Shown here: one piece after another, positions 21,146 through 33,695 of the stretch
Layout: every line of letters starts with the position of its first letter
How positions within the stretch are numbered: the stretch's first letter is position 1
Source of the DNA: Curvularia clavata
Taxonomy: Eukaryota
Direction: 5' to 3'
NCBI GenBank assembly: GCA_023920165.1
Contig: CP089276.1
Location: 2,170,001-2,234,000 of the forward strand
DNA: 64,000 bases
Program-made: the position numbers and the translations under genes
Notes under the pieces: model-generated
What the model saw: only the letters and a program-made list of their open reading frames with translations
Told to the model about the DNA's origin: nothing
The model's database searches: none

Positions 21146-22727
21146 TTAGTCAAAAGACACCTTCTGGCCCTTGAAGTCGCCAAAGCCACCGCGGTTGAAG
21201 GAACCACCGCGGCCGCCTCCACGAGCACCACCACGGCCTCCACGACCACCGAAGCCGCCGCCACGACCACCGCCACGGCCACCGCGGTCGCCAAAGCCAC
21301 CACGGCCGCCGCGACCGCCGCCGCGACCTCCACCGAAGCCACCGCGGCCACCGCCGTTGTCATCACGAGGAGTGGCGTAGTCGATGCGGATAGCACGGCC
21401 AGCAATGTCCTGACCGTTCAGAGCCTCAAGAGCAGCAGTAGCCTCCTCCTGAGAGCTGAAGTCAACGTATCCGAAGCCCTTGAGCGAGCCGGTGTCACGG
21501 TCGGTAGGAAGTGAGACACGGGTGACATTGCCGTACTCAGCGAAGATCTCCTGGATGCTCTCGTTGGAGCACTCGAACGAAACATTTCCAAGGAAAAGGA
21601 TGTTGCTGGGAGGGCTGCGCTTGTCACCAAACTTGTTGGCGCGAGCACCAGCACCGTTGGCATCGGGCTTCTGGCGGGGAGTGCTGAAATCGACGTTCAG
21701 TGGGCGGCCATCGACCTCCTTGTCGTGCATCTCCTTCTGTGCCTTGGCGGCATCAGCAGCGTTGGCGAACTCAACGTAGCCGAATCTATGATGGTTAGTA
21801 CTCGATTTAGAAAAAAAAGTTAGTGTGGCAGAACATACCCCTTAGCACGACCAGTCTCACGGTCGGTAATGACACGGCAGCCGACAATCTCACCATAGCT
21901 CTCAAACTCGCTGCGGAGCCACTCCTCGTCAATGTTCCAGCTCAGGTTGCCAACAAACAGGTTCTTGACACCCTCCTCAGCGGGCTCCTCAGTCTTGGTC
22001 TTCTTGACAACAGGCTCAGCCTCTTCCTCAGCCTTGCGCTTCTTGGAAGGAGCCTCGGCCTCGTCGCTGTCGGACTCAGAGTCGGAAGAGTCGGAGTCAG
22101 AATCGGCGTCAGAGTCGGAAGAGTCGTCGGAGGTAGAAGCGGCCTGAGCTGGTTAGTACAAAGTAATGAGATGCCCAAAGAGTGATTACTGACCTCGGCC
22201 TTTGCAGCAGGCTTCTCATCCTTGGACTCGCTGCTCTCGGACTCGGATTCGCTGTCAGAGTCGCTGTCAGAGTCACTGTCGGAGTCGCTGGACTCAGCCT
22301 TATCAGCGGCCTTGACACCGTTGGCCTTGGCCTTGGGGGCAGGCTTCTCCTCCTCGCTGCTGCTGCTGTCGCTGTCGCTATCATCCTCGCTGCTGTCGGA
22401 AGAGTCAGAATCGGAGTCGGCCTTAGCAGCGGCCTTGGGAGCAGCCTTGCTAGAGGTCTTCTTCTCGACTTCCTCTTCGCTGCTGCTCTCCTCGGATTCT
22501 TCGCTCTCGCTTTCGCTCTCGGACGAAGAATCAGACTCGGGCTCTGGGGTAGGAGCCTTCTTCGACTTCTTCTTGTCCTTGACGTTGGAAGCAACTGACT
22601 TGGCAATGTCCTTGCTCTTGGACTTGGGAGTCGCAGCGGGCTTGGTGACGCGACCGGCCTTGACGCTCGAAAGCTCGGCCTTCTTATCCTTCTTGGAGGA
22701 CTTGTCTGCGACCTTGGTCTTTCCCAT
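21146..22727 (-). CDS. NSR1: Nucleolin-like protein Nsr1/Gar2
   Basis: Ser/Asp/Glu-rich N-terminus, two RRMs (NLFVGNLSWN, KGFGYV; LFLGNVSF, KGFGYVDF), RGG tail ending FKGQKVSFD; introns 22144-22193 and 21786-21838. Confidence 0.95.
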
Positions 22728-22915
22728 TTTGGCGGTAAAGTACTAAATCTACAATGTATTAGTATTATGTCATGTGCGATAGATGTGTGAATGTTTTTGC
22801 GATGAAGGAGAGAAAAGAGAGGAGTCGACGGCAAAAGTGCCGTCGCTCGGGCGCTGACGCCCGAAGGCCGTCGTATGCGCCAGCCTGCATGATCTGGTCG
22901 TCTCAAATTGCGAAA

Positions 22916-23197
22916 AGCCCACTGGTATCTCTCGAGACCGCATGAAGCGGAAATCCCTCAAGCCCACGAAAAGCCCACAAGAGCCCACAGAAAACCGAGC
23001 TTCAAGGCAGTGTGTTCCCACAAACGCCGAGAAGCTGGAAGATTAATCCTCATAGTAGCAAGAAGCCCTGTGGTTGATCTTGTCGTGCTCTGACGAGCGA
23101 CAGACGTGCCCTCTGTTATGTGTGTCAAGGAAAAGCCAAACGTTGCCCACTGACTTGTAATGTGATCTGGTACTGGATGATGCCCTCAGTAGCCCAC
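22916..23197. promoter_or_regulatory. Cluster of five AGCCCAC motifs in the NSR1/ALG6 divergent intergenic region
   Basis: AGCCCAC at 22916, 22961, 22972, 22982 and 23191. Confidence 0.5.
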
Positions 23198-23882
23198 TTG
23201 AAGTTTAAGCCCTCAAATGATGTTCGAACAGATAGTGTTCGAAGAAAAAAAAAGTAAGATGAGAATGGGTGATAGACGGTGAAGGCGAGCGAGAGGGAAG
23301 AGGCTGGTACTTTAATACCTGGAGGCGCAGAAAAGATCAGCGCCGAACTTTTCAGCGGAGACGTGGTCCGTGCGGTGCACCGCGACGCGTTGTCTGGTTG
23401 CGCTAGACGGCAACGCCCCACCGCGAACTTGGCTATCAGTTTCTGCAGCAATGCCAGGGTCCAGCAAGGGACGGCCATTTTACTTAGAGAGTGGAGATTG
23501 GAGTTGCGCTGTATTGACATGTATACTATGCACTGTGCATAACGGTATGCAGTCCACATGTTACGGACAAGTTTAACGACTCCAATGAGTACGAGCAATC
23601 TGCTAGCAGCCACGGGGCAATTCTCAATTACACGTGAAGTATTTCAGTATGTAGACAGTCATACAACGGTGAATCTGCTGGCTAGAGTTTAGAAGGTGAT
23701 GCACAGCTGTGCTCGGGTGAGAAATGTGTTCTTTTCCTCTGCGCTCTACCAGCCGTTCAGACGTTGGAAGCGAAGCTGCCTCTGCTTGAGCCTGTAGCTA
23801 TGCCCATTTCGGTAAGGTGTCGTGATACGTCCACGAACTCGGAGCCCTGGGGACATGCAGCTCCTCTCTAAGCAGCGTCAAC

Positions 23883-25692
23883 ATGGCTTCACCCGCAGTT
23901 CACAAACCCCGGCGGCGGAGAAAGATCGAAGAAGGCTCCCTGGCTCAGGTTTCCCACGGCACTCTGGACCGCGATCATTCCACAAACTCAAAGAAGCCCG
24001 CCTTTCCCCTCGTCGCGTTCCTCTGGCCTGCAAAAGGCACCGTGTCGCAATGGATCACCATACCCCTCATACTGATGGCTGTGGGTCTATTCCGATGGAC
24101 AGTCAGCCTCTGGGGATACTCAGGCTATCAGTCACCGCCAATGCATGGAGACTTTGAAGCGCAGCGACATTGGATGGAAATCACCAAGCATTTGCCCGTC
24201 TCGCAATGGTACTTTTATGATTTGCAATGGTGGGGGCTGGACTATCCGCCTCTGACCGCATACCACAGCTGGCTTCTGGGTGTCATGTATGTTTGTATTC
24301 TCGCGGCACATTCACTGTCATACTGATGATTGATGTAGTGGCTCTGCCATTAACCCTACGTGGTTTGCTCTTGATGCCTCGCGCGCCCTCGATGACCCTT
24401 CGCTAAAGATATACATGCGAGCAACCGTCTTCGTTTCCGAATACCTGATCTACGTCCCTGCGCTCGTCATCTTTCTCCGCCGGTTTTCTCGGCTCGAGGG
24501 AGTCAATATCTGGGAGTCGTCAATTGCATTGGTGGCTATATTGATGCAGCCAGGAGCTATTCTGATCGACCATGGACATTTCCAATACAACACCGTCATG
24601 CTCGGCTTTGCTGTCGCAACTTTGTCAAGCATTGTCGCCGGCAGACCGCTGTGGGGATGTGTCTTTTTTGTTGGTGCACTCGGATTCAAGCAGATGGCGC
24701 TCTTCTATGCGCCTGCCATCTTTGCATATCTCCTGGGTATCTGCCTTTTTCCGAAAGCTAACATTGTGCGATTTTTTGCCATTGCGCTCACTACCGTCGC
24801 TGCCTTTGCCGTACTGTACCTGCCCTTCCTAGCAGGCGTTGCATACGACGTTTACACTGGTGTCAACCACACTCCTCTGGAATTTCCACCACTTCTAAAT
24901 TTGCGCTGGTTTATGACACCATGGAACATGGACGCTTGGTACTTTCCTTATATTCTCCAGCTGGGGCAGTCAGTTCATCGCATCTTTCCCTTCTCCCGAG
25001 GATTATTCGAGGACAAGGTCGCCAACATCTGGTGTACTATTCACACATTCCACAAACTCCATCGCTATCCGATTCAGTCACTTCAACGGCTCGCACTCCT
25101 TGCAACATCGGCTGCCATTCTACCACCTTGTTTGGTCATTTTTCTCAAGCCAAAGAAGCAGCTCCTCCCCCTCGCCTTCGCAGCTGTGTCATGGGGCTTC
25201 TTCCTGTGCTCATACCAGGTGCATGAGAAGAATGTTTTGCTGCCATTGTTACCCATGACATTGCTTCTTGGTGGACACGAAGGTCTTTTGCCATCTACTC
25301 GTACATGGGTCGGACTTGCAAACATGCTCGGTGTGTGGACCATGTTTCCACTGTTGAAGAGAGACGAGCTGCGAGTCCCATACTTTGTCATTTCTCTTCT
25401 TTGGGCTTACCTTCTGGGTCTTCCTCCAGTCTCATTTTCGGCCTACTATGACAGTAGCCGTGGTGGGCTTGATATTTTCAGTAAGCTGATCCACATTAAT
25501 ATCTACATTGCCATGGTTGGGTGGCATGTTGTGGAAGCATTCTTTCCTCCGCCAGCAGACAAGCCAGATCTTTGGGTTGTGGCCAATGCCATTGTCGGCA
25601 CGGGCGGGTTTGGGTTGTGTTACTTGTGGACTTTGTGGCGGCTTGTGATCAAGAGCGAGTTGCTTGGAAAGGCGAAGAGCAAAACAAATTGA
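23883..25692 (+). CDS. ALG6: Dolichyl-P-Glc:Man9GlcNAc2-PP-dolichol alpha-1,3-glucosyltransferase
   Basis: [63 protein letters not shown]-terminal KSKTN; intron 24287-24338. Confidence 0.97.
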
Positions 25693-25891
25693 GCTCCAAA
25701 AAAGATATCTGTTGGAGGGTTTCCGTATTTCTTTGAGATACCCCAGCTAGGGATTTGGAGGGAAGATTCCAGTTCCATTCATAAACACTGTACAAATACA
25801 CGATGCCGTCTAGTTTTCAACGCCACCCACATGCTTGTTTCGTACATTGTCTCCGCCCATTATAGTAGTATACAATCGAGCCCGTCACGCA

Positions 25892-26179
25892 TCATATCTT
25901 GAAACCATAACCGGCCATGCATTGCTTGTATTGATCGACAAGGCTGGCGCATTCCTTTTGCGCATCGTTCGAGGATGAGAACAGCATGCATTCGTCGCGT
26001 TTGGCTTTCTCGTCGGTACAGACGCAGCAGGGCTTGACCTTTGGCTTTTCGGAGGCGGCAGTTGAAGTCTTGAGGTCTGAGCCCATGTTGGCGGCGGTAG
26101 GTGGTGCTGTGATTTCTTGCGTCAGCCAATTCGCATCTCTGAGGACGTCTTTGTCATCTTGAAGCCTACCGGATGCCAT
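25892..26179 (-). CDS. COX17: Cytochrome c oxidase copper chaperone Cox17
   Basis: KPCCVCTDEKAKRDECMLF..C..LVDQYKQCMAGYGF; ATG 26179, intron from 26169 to 26116 (or 26107). Confidence 0.95.
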   Translation of the reverse strand: MASGRLQDDKDVLRDANWLTQEITAPPTAANMGSDLKTSTAASEKPKVKPCCVCTDEKAKRDECMLFSSSNDAQKECASLVDQYKQCMAGYGFKI

Positions 26180-26493
26180 GTTTTGCGTGGGTGTTGTGGT
26201 GAGTGCAAGGTGATTAGCAATCAGTTTGCGCTCCAAAAGTTCCCAGCCGGCATGGTGTCATTAGATTGCCCTGTTCTTGGCGCGCACTCCCGCGGCGCCC
26301 ACGCCACGAGGCAAAACCCCTGTCAAGAATTCAATGGGTCTAGGCAAATCAACCCCCACTACGCCCGCCAAAACATTGCGCCCACGACTCACTCACACGA
26401 CTTTCTCGCCCAACGCCCCTCGCTGAATAGCGTCCGCCTTATTCCTACTGAGCAGTATTCTACCACGAAAGCGAGAAAAATCCTACATCCAAA

Positions 26494-27817
26494 ATGTCTG
26501 GCGCAAAGGTCTTCTCGATCGAGGGCAAGGGCCTGAAACTCACCACTGCGGCGGATATTGAGCCACACATTCAGGAGTTGAAGAACAACGACGACGTTGA
26601 GGAGGTCAAGTTCCTGGGAAACACGCTGGGTATCGAGGCCAGTGAAGCACTGGCTAAGGTTCTGGAGACCAAGAAGAACCTGCAGGTATGTTGGCTGTCT
26701 TTGTTGATCACCCACTGAGGGGCACTGACATGAATAACAGGTCGCGAACCTCGCCGATATCTTCACTTCTCGTCTGCTCTCCGAGATCCCACCTGCGCTG
26801 TCGCACCTCCTCACTTCCCTCCTTACCCTGCCGAAACTCCACACAGTCGACCTCTCTGACAACGCTTTCGGACTCAACACTGTTGCCCCGCTCGTTGACT
26901 TCCTGTCACAACATACCCCCCTTCGCTACCTATACCTGAACAACAACGGTCTTGGTCCAGCTGCTGGTGTACTCGTCGCCGACGCGCTCACTGCGCTTGC
27001 CGCAAAGAAGGAGGCTGCGCGCAAAGAAGGCAAGGATGTACCCGACCTTGAGCTCGTCATCTGCGGTCGCAACCGCCTTGAGAACGGTAGTATGGCCGCA
27101 TGGGCAAAGGCATATGCAGCCAACAGCGGCGTGAAAACCATCAAGATGACCCAGAACGGTATCAGACAGGAGGGCATCTCACACCTCATCACCAACGGCC
27201 TCGCGCACCTGACCAAGCTCGACACCCTCGACCTCCAGGACAACACTTTCACCGCCATGGGGGCAAAGGCTCTCAGTCAGGCAGTCGTAAACTGGACTGA
27301 TCTTCGCGAACTCGGCGTCGGCGACTGTCTGCTCAGCAGTCGTGGCGGCATCGCCCTCGCCGCAGCCCTCGAAAAGGGCAAGAACAAGAAAGTTGAAGTC
27401 CTCCGCCTCCAGTTCAACGACATCAACGCGAAAGGTCTCGCCGGCCTCGCCTCTGCATCTTCCACTGCTCTTCCTCTCCTCCGCCGCGTTGAAATTAACG
27501 GCAATAAGTTCGACGAGGAGGACCCCAGCATCGAGAAGCTGCGCGAGGTCCTCGATGCACGTAAGGAGGAGTCTGGAAAGAATGCTGATGACGAGGAGTA
27601 CTGGGGGCTCGACGAATTGGACGAACTAGAAAGCGACGATGAAGAAGAAGAGGAGAGCGACGAGGATGAGAAGAGGGGCGATGCTGATGAGGTTGAGGAG
27701 CGCGCGGCGAAACAACTTGCGGACGATGCAAGGGCTGAGGAGAGCAATGTCCCGCAAGAGAAGGACAGCAAGGTCGACGATCTGGCGGACCTGATGAGCA
27801 AGACCGAAATCAAATAA
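26494..27817 (+). CDS. RNA1: Ran GTPase-activating protein Rna1
   Basis: FSIEGKGLKL, LADIFTSRL, LSDNAFG, LNNNGLGP, CGRNRLENGS, QNGIR, LDLQDNTF leucine-rich repeats, acidic tail; intron 26686-26740. Confidence 0.96.
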
Positions 27818-28369
27818 GTTTGAGCATAGGTCACGTTCGTTTTTTTTTGTCAATTGGGTTTGCGGAAGGGAAATGTGGGGTGGAGGTTTGGGACCGGGCG
27901 AAGACCGGTTTGCATTTAGCGGTTCTGGGAGTTTTTATTTTAGTTTTCTTGTTTTCCTGGAGTATCAGTGAGTGGGTATGCAAGACCTTGATACCAATAG
28001 ACAATGCTCTAGCATCAACACTGAAAAACTGTCCTTGTTGTTTTCAGCGTGCCATACAATCAGCTAGTTGCTAAACATTGCTGAGTGGATTGTGTAAGGA
28101 GACCAAATGACCGCATATTGTGCTTCAAGTCACCACATTGAAAGGAAAGAAGCACAGAAGCAACTAGAATGAAGTGTGTTCCGCTAGGATGCTACTAGGT
28201 CGGATCATGTAGGTATACTTACATGTCTCCTTCACTGATTACATCTGTCTTTAACGTCTCTTGCGCACTCCACGACTTACCTTCCTCCATCACACACTAT
28301 CCCATCAATTCTTCCTGTCACGCTTCTCGAACCTTGTTGATGAACCAAGCCGCCTTACTCAGAATGAGT

Positions 28370-29710
28370 TCAGCAAGCCTCCTGCTCTGCCGTTGCACCA
28401 TCGCCCAGGTTTCCCTCGATCTGAGCCTTCTCTTTGTGGTGGCCAGAGTCAGCGTCCTGGGAGATATTCGAGTTGGAGACGTCAGTGCAGGCTTCCTGGT
28501 TTCGTTTGGACACAATAGACTGAGCTGTAGCGCTCAGTCCGCCCTTCTCGACATGTCCATGAGCACGCATCTCACGCGACTGGAGTTTGTGAGCCTCAGC
28601 TGCAGTGACAGTACCGTCCTCTACCTTGGATTGGATTGCAATTTCCGCTTGACGAAGGTTTTCCTCCTTGTCGTGGTGGGACTGCTCTTGAGGAGAGAGA
28701 CTTCTTTTGCTGCCGGCACGAGAGCGTTGGTGACTAGCATTTGAACCACGCCTCACGGCAGTCGACTGAGCGGTGGCAGCAACTCCTCCCTTTATGGTGC
28801 TTCCATGAGCGCGAGATTCGAGAGAATGGAGATAATCAGCCTCCACCTTGGTCACAGTGCCGTCCTCAATCTTGGGCACGACAACATCCTTCGCCCCAAG
28901 AAGGTTGTTCTGCCTGTCATACTGAGATTGCTGCTCGGGCGACATGAAAGACTGGATGTTGGAATGAGACCGGCCACTGCTCGGGTTCAAGGTAGCCTGA
29001 GAGTCGCCGCTCAGTGATAGCTTTCGCTCACGTTTAGCCACAACAGACTGGGCCGCGACAGTGATACCACCCTTTTCAGGGTGTCCATGTGCGCGGGCCT
29101 CAAGGGAGTGAAGGTGATTGGCCTCAGTCTTACTAACTGTGCCTCGAGCAATCTTGGGCTGAATCTCGGCGATTTCCTCCTGAAGCTCGGCTTCAACTTC
29201 TGGGTGGGTAGCATTGGTATGGCCAACAACCTTCTGCATTTCTGCGGCACTGTCAGCATGTAATTTCTAAACTCTAACTCCTGGGAGGTTTTTTGAAATG
29301 ACGAGGCGGCTAAAGGTATGATAGTTGTCTGGACTTACTGCTGACGATGCCCTGTGCAGTGCGAATGACTTCCGGAGTGACCTCGTCATAGCTGCCATCA
29401 ACGGCAGCATACAGGTCCTTGACGGCCGTCAGCAGGGAACGGTGAGGAGCCTGAGGATGGCTAGATCCCTGGTGGTGCACACCTTGTTAGCAATAGCTAG
29501 ATATTCGACGGCAGTGATAATGCGGACCGCTCTCTCATCCTTTGCAGTGACGCTCTCAGAAAGAAGTTGAGCTTCTTCAGCCGTGATACTGCCTGGCTCA
29601 GTTTTCAGCTTTGCTAGGATAGCCTCCAGCTGGCCCTGAAGCTGGCGTAACCGGCTAGTTGCACTACTACTCATGTTGGAGGATGTCTTCTCGCTCAGAC
29701 TTGCACTCAT
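28370..29710 (-). CDS. Seed-maturation-protein (SMP)/LEA-like hydrophilic repeat protein
   Basis: Three repeats EA..L(H/Q)S.E.RAHG...KGG....AQS; intron 29242-29338 clear, first intron (about 29418-29482) less certain. Confidence 0.7.
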
Positions 29711-30258
29711 AGTAGGCAATCGAGAGTGGAGTTTGATGCTTCAGGTGATAGTGTGATGTGAACGAAAAGATTGGGAAGAGTGGTGGTGTGGGTTAGAGCG
29801 CGATGTTCGAGCTTTGTGCTTGGTGGCGATGACGTTTGGGATGAGGGAAAGTGCAAGTGCACCAAAGGGATGGGACAACAAACAGCTACGCTTGCTAAAA
29901 ATGCTTAATGCATGAGATTTGTCCTGACACAGCACTAGTATTCAGTCGAACATTACTCTATTTACATAGTGAAAAGAAATCACACTGAAACTGCAGGAAT
30001 GGATTATCCGCCATTTGGGCCAGGCACATGAGCGAATCGAGGTGGAGGCAAGTACAGTAAGGCTGTACAGTCTGAGAAATGAGGGCAGGGAAGATTCATG
30101 CGGTATGCAGTTCATGGACTAGAGGTATCAATTTATGCCTTGAGTTATTCTCCATCGCCAAATTCATGATAGCCCATTTCGGTATCTAGAGCAATTCCCT
30201 TCCTCAACTTGGACCCTAGGTAGACTTGAACAAGATACAACTGAAGAAAAAGCATATC

Positions 30259-32162
30259 TCACGGAGCCATGCCTGAAGAATGACCATCCACCAACTTCAG
30301 CTTCTCATCCAGCACCGCCAAAAAGTCCCTTTCCCTGCCAAACTCCACAACATTCGCAAGCTTATCGAGAGTATTCTTCGACTTCTCACACTCTGTATAC
30401 CACTTCCGCTCGAAATTGTACTCCTCGCTTAAATCGTCCCTAAGAATCGTCCACTCTGGCAGCGGGCACGTCTCCTTCTCACCATCCATGTACCACCAAA
30501 ACCTCGTCTTCCCATCTTTCTTCCCCTCCCAAGCCTCCCTGTGCCATGATTTCCGCAGCGGGGAATGCGATTCCCAGCCCTTTATGAGACTGCGGTAGTA
30601 AGTGACGGGGTGAATATACTCATTTGTATCACCCAGATCCGTCAGCTTGGTCCATTTGTACACCTTTGACTTTTCGTCGTATTCTTCGACATGTTCGTGA
30701 CCTGGCATACGCACGTGCATGCCGTTCAGGTGGTACATTGCGGTAAATGAGTCGACAATTGGACCAGTGCCCCAGCTAAAGTCGAAGTGCTCGTGTGCAT
30801 GTGGTGCGGCGGCTCGGGGGAGTTTCAGCTCGTTGCCGCCACTGCCCACAAAGGGAATAGATGGCAGCTTGGGGACATAACTCAACATCTTTTGGAGGAA
30901 ATTCGGGTGGTGGTAGGTGCAGGCGTAGCGAATGCGGAATAGCCAGCGCTGGTATTGTTCAAGGTGCAATTTGAAGGCATGTCGGTCGATGGTCAGATGT
31001 GGGGAGATAGCCTGGAGCATCCAGCAAAGGGTTGCTGTTGCTATGTCTAGGTTTCTTTTAGTACTGTATCAATCCATCTCTACATCTGGAACTCACTTTC
31101 TGAATCTCCTTTCATTCCCTCAATTGCATCCTGGGCGCCACCACCGCAATTGATATGTACACCAGGGAACTTGACAAATCACAATTAGCTCATGTACTGT
31201 TCCAGGTAGATTGCGTCACATACCCAGACCTGCTTGAGTTCGGGTGTAGGTCGATTTGGGTCATCAATGAGGTCCTTTGGAATATACCAGAGGGTTGGAC
31301 GGAAAGCCTTACGGCGTTCATCCAATGCAAGCGCTTGGAAAGCGTGCTGGATGTCTAATACTTTATCAGCGGAGACCTCAAATTTCCATCCATGCAACTT
31401 ACTCTCCGTCAATCTGACATTATGAAACCCATATTGAGTTCTCTGAGAGGCCAGGTTAAGGCCTACTATATCCGGTATACCCAAGGAGCCAACAGTGTCC
31501 CAAACGCCAACAACTTTTACTTTTCTACTATCCGCGCTGACAGCAAGTTCTCCGTGTGGTCGAATTTCCCACACTTCAGCCAATTGCTTGAAGTCGTTCG
31601 TGCCAATCTTGTTAACATCAACGCCTTGTTTCTTCAACTCTTCTCCCTTCTTGCTCAGCTTGCCTTCAGTAAACCATCTCCATGCCTCGGTCTTGCGGAA
31701 CTCAACACCTTCATCATTCGTCTGATACAAACTGTACAGCAACGGGAAGAATTGCATGCTAACTGGTGCTATGACTCCAAGATCAGACACCAGTCCGGCT
31801 ACTGCACGGGCGGTATAGGCGCCTCTGGAGAACCCGAAGCAGAAGATCTCGTCACCTGGCTCATAATTCTGTACAATGAAGTTGTACGCTTCAATCACGT
31901 TCTCTGCTAAACCTGCTCCTGTACCACCCTGTCGATTTTTTTCAGAAGAGCCGATGTTGCCTGTTCCTATTCCCGAATCGTAGTAGACAATCTGGTGAAA
32001 CTTCTTCGAAGGATTCTTCCGGTCTGAGCCAACACGCGCAATCAGGCGACAGAGCTTGGTGACATTGGATGGGACATTTGTCTCAAGTGTGACACTGGAC
32101 TGCCATGTTCCGTCACAGCATATTACCAGGCGTCGTCCCCAAGGCTTGTCGTCGTCGGCCAT
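30259..32162 (-). CDS. DUF2235 / Tle1-like alpha/beta-hydrolase (putative phospholipase)
   Basis: RRLVICCDGTW, SNVTKL, GIGT, FGFSRGAYTAR, VGVWDTVGSLG, ALALDERR, WFPGVHINCGGG; introns 31355-31402, 31170-31223, 31047-31096. Confidence 0.9.
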
Positions 32163-33695
32163 GTTGGAATAGGACAAATTGAAAGCACAATGTAAAACAA
32201 TGATTGAGTGGTATGTGATCTGAAGCGACAATCAAGTTTCCCGCTGTATATACATGGACAAGATGCCAATTTGTGATCAACGCCTGTTGTGGGTGGAGGC
32301 GTAACAAAAGTAGTTTATCGTGTGTGGCTTTCAGGGGTAACCCATGAACGTCAGGAAAAGGGAAATAGGCGGCAAGGCGGCATCAGCTTTCCTTTTTCAG
32401 CTCTCCTCCCGTACATAGCAAAGGCTACACCGCAAAGGATCGACGGGTATTTGGTGCTGGGTGCTGGCCCCCAAATTTGCTGACCCAGCTCGCCGTTCTA
32501 ACTGCGGCTGAAGTCTCTGGCGGGGTGCCAAGTAACATGTTCTGCGGCATGAAGCGAGGACCGCAGTTGTGTTTTGCCCTTTGCTGAGCCACAACATCAG
32601 TGGGGACGCCGCTTGTGTTTTCTGATTTGGAGCCAAGAAGTGGGGTCCTGTGTGCTTCCTTTTCAACTTTTATGCGTCGTCAGTTCTGAAGCTTTGAGGG
32701 TGTGTGGCTCAATCATCCCAATGGTGGTCATTGCTGGTTGATCGCAACACAGCATTTACCTAGGCAACTTCATGAGCGAAACCTTATTATCGTCTACAGA
32801 TGCGGGATAGGTGGCAAGATGCATCTCGACGAGTGATAATGCAAACAGAGGTTTTGTGTAGCCAATTTCTAAGTCATGATTTAGGTGGCAGTCCCTAGTT
32901 CCGAGACACAAATCATAATTGGTCTGGAATATCGTATTCCGGGGATATACAGTTCATCTAGCGTCTATTGACAGGAGACTATCAGATCTCGCTCACAGAG
33001 TGTGAGTTGTGCATGCATGCATAAGTAAGTCATCTGATGTTTCCTTGAACGGTGAATGGGCATTCTTATTCTCGATGGGGCGCAGCTGGGAAAATGCCAA
33101 GGGATGCGGGTCTACCCGACTCCCGCAACCCGACTCCACCAGGGAACACGTGCAGAGGACAACTGCACCGGTTCGTAGATCTTGTGTCACACACATAGAC
33201 ACATGTCAGCTCTGTCAGCTCAAGGATCATTATCTTGTCTCATGATCACAAACCACATCAGCTGGACGATTCTGCTAAATCCTCTAATACACTGCTCCAT
33301 TCTCGTTGAAGGGCTGACTCTATCGTTGCTGCTCTCAAAAGGAAGAGAAGACCGATGCTTCATTCTCAAATGCCACTGAATATGCCCAAGCGCGACCTGC
33401 GCTAACATAAAACAAGAGATCAATGGCAGTTCCTACCTGTTTTTAAAAAAAAATCACCGAGTGGATGAGGTGACCATACGTATGTCGAGAATCGCGTGTC
33501 GCGATATGGCGCCATTTTGGCGCAATATGAGCCCCTCATATGGTATCTCCATGCGCACCAGTATATAACGCCTGCCATCCAACAATAAAAATAATCGCTT
33601 AATCGCTGAACTGCAGAACTCGCCATGCCAAGGGGCAACAAAAAACAACGAAAATCATTCCAATATCGTAACCACCGATCTCGCGAAAGACGGCC

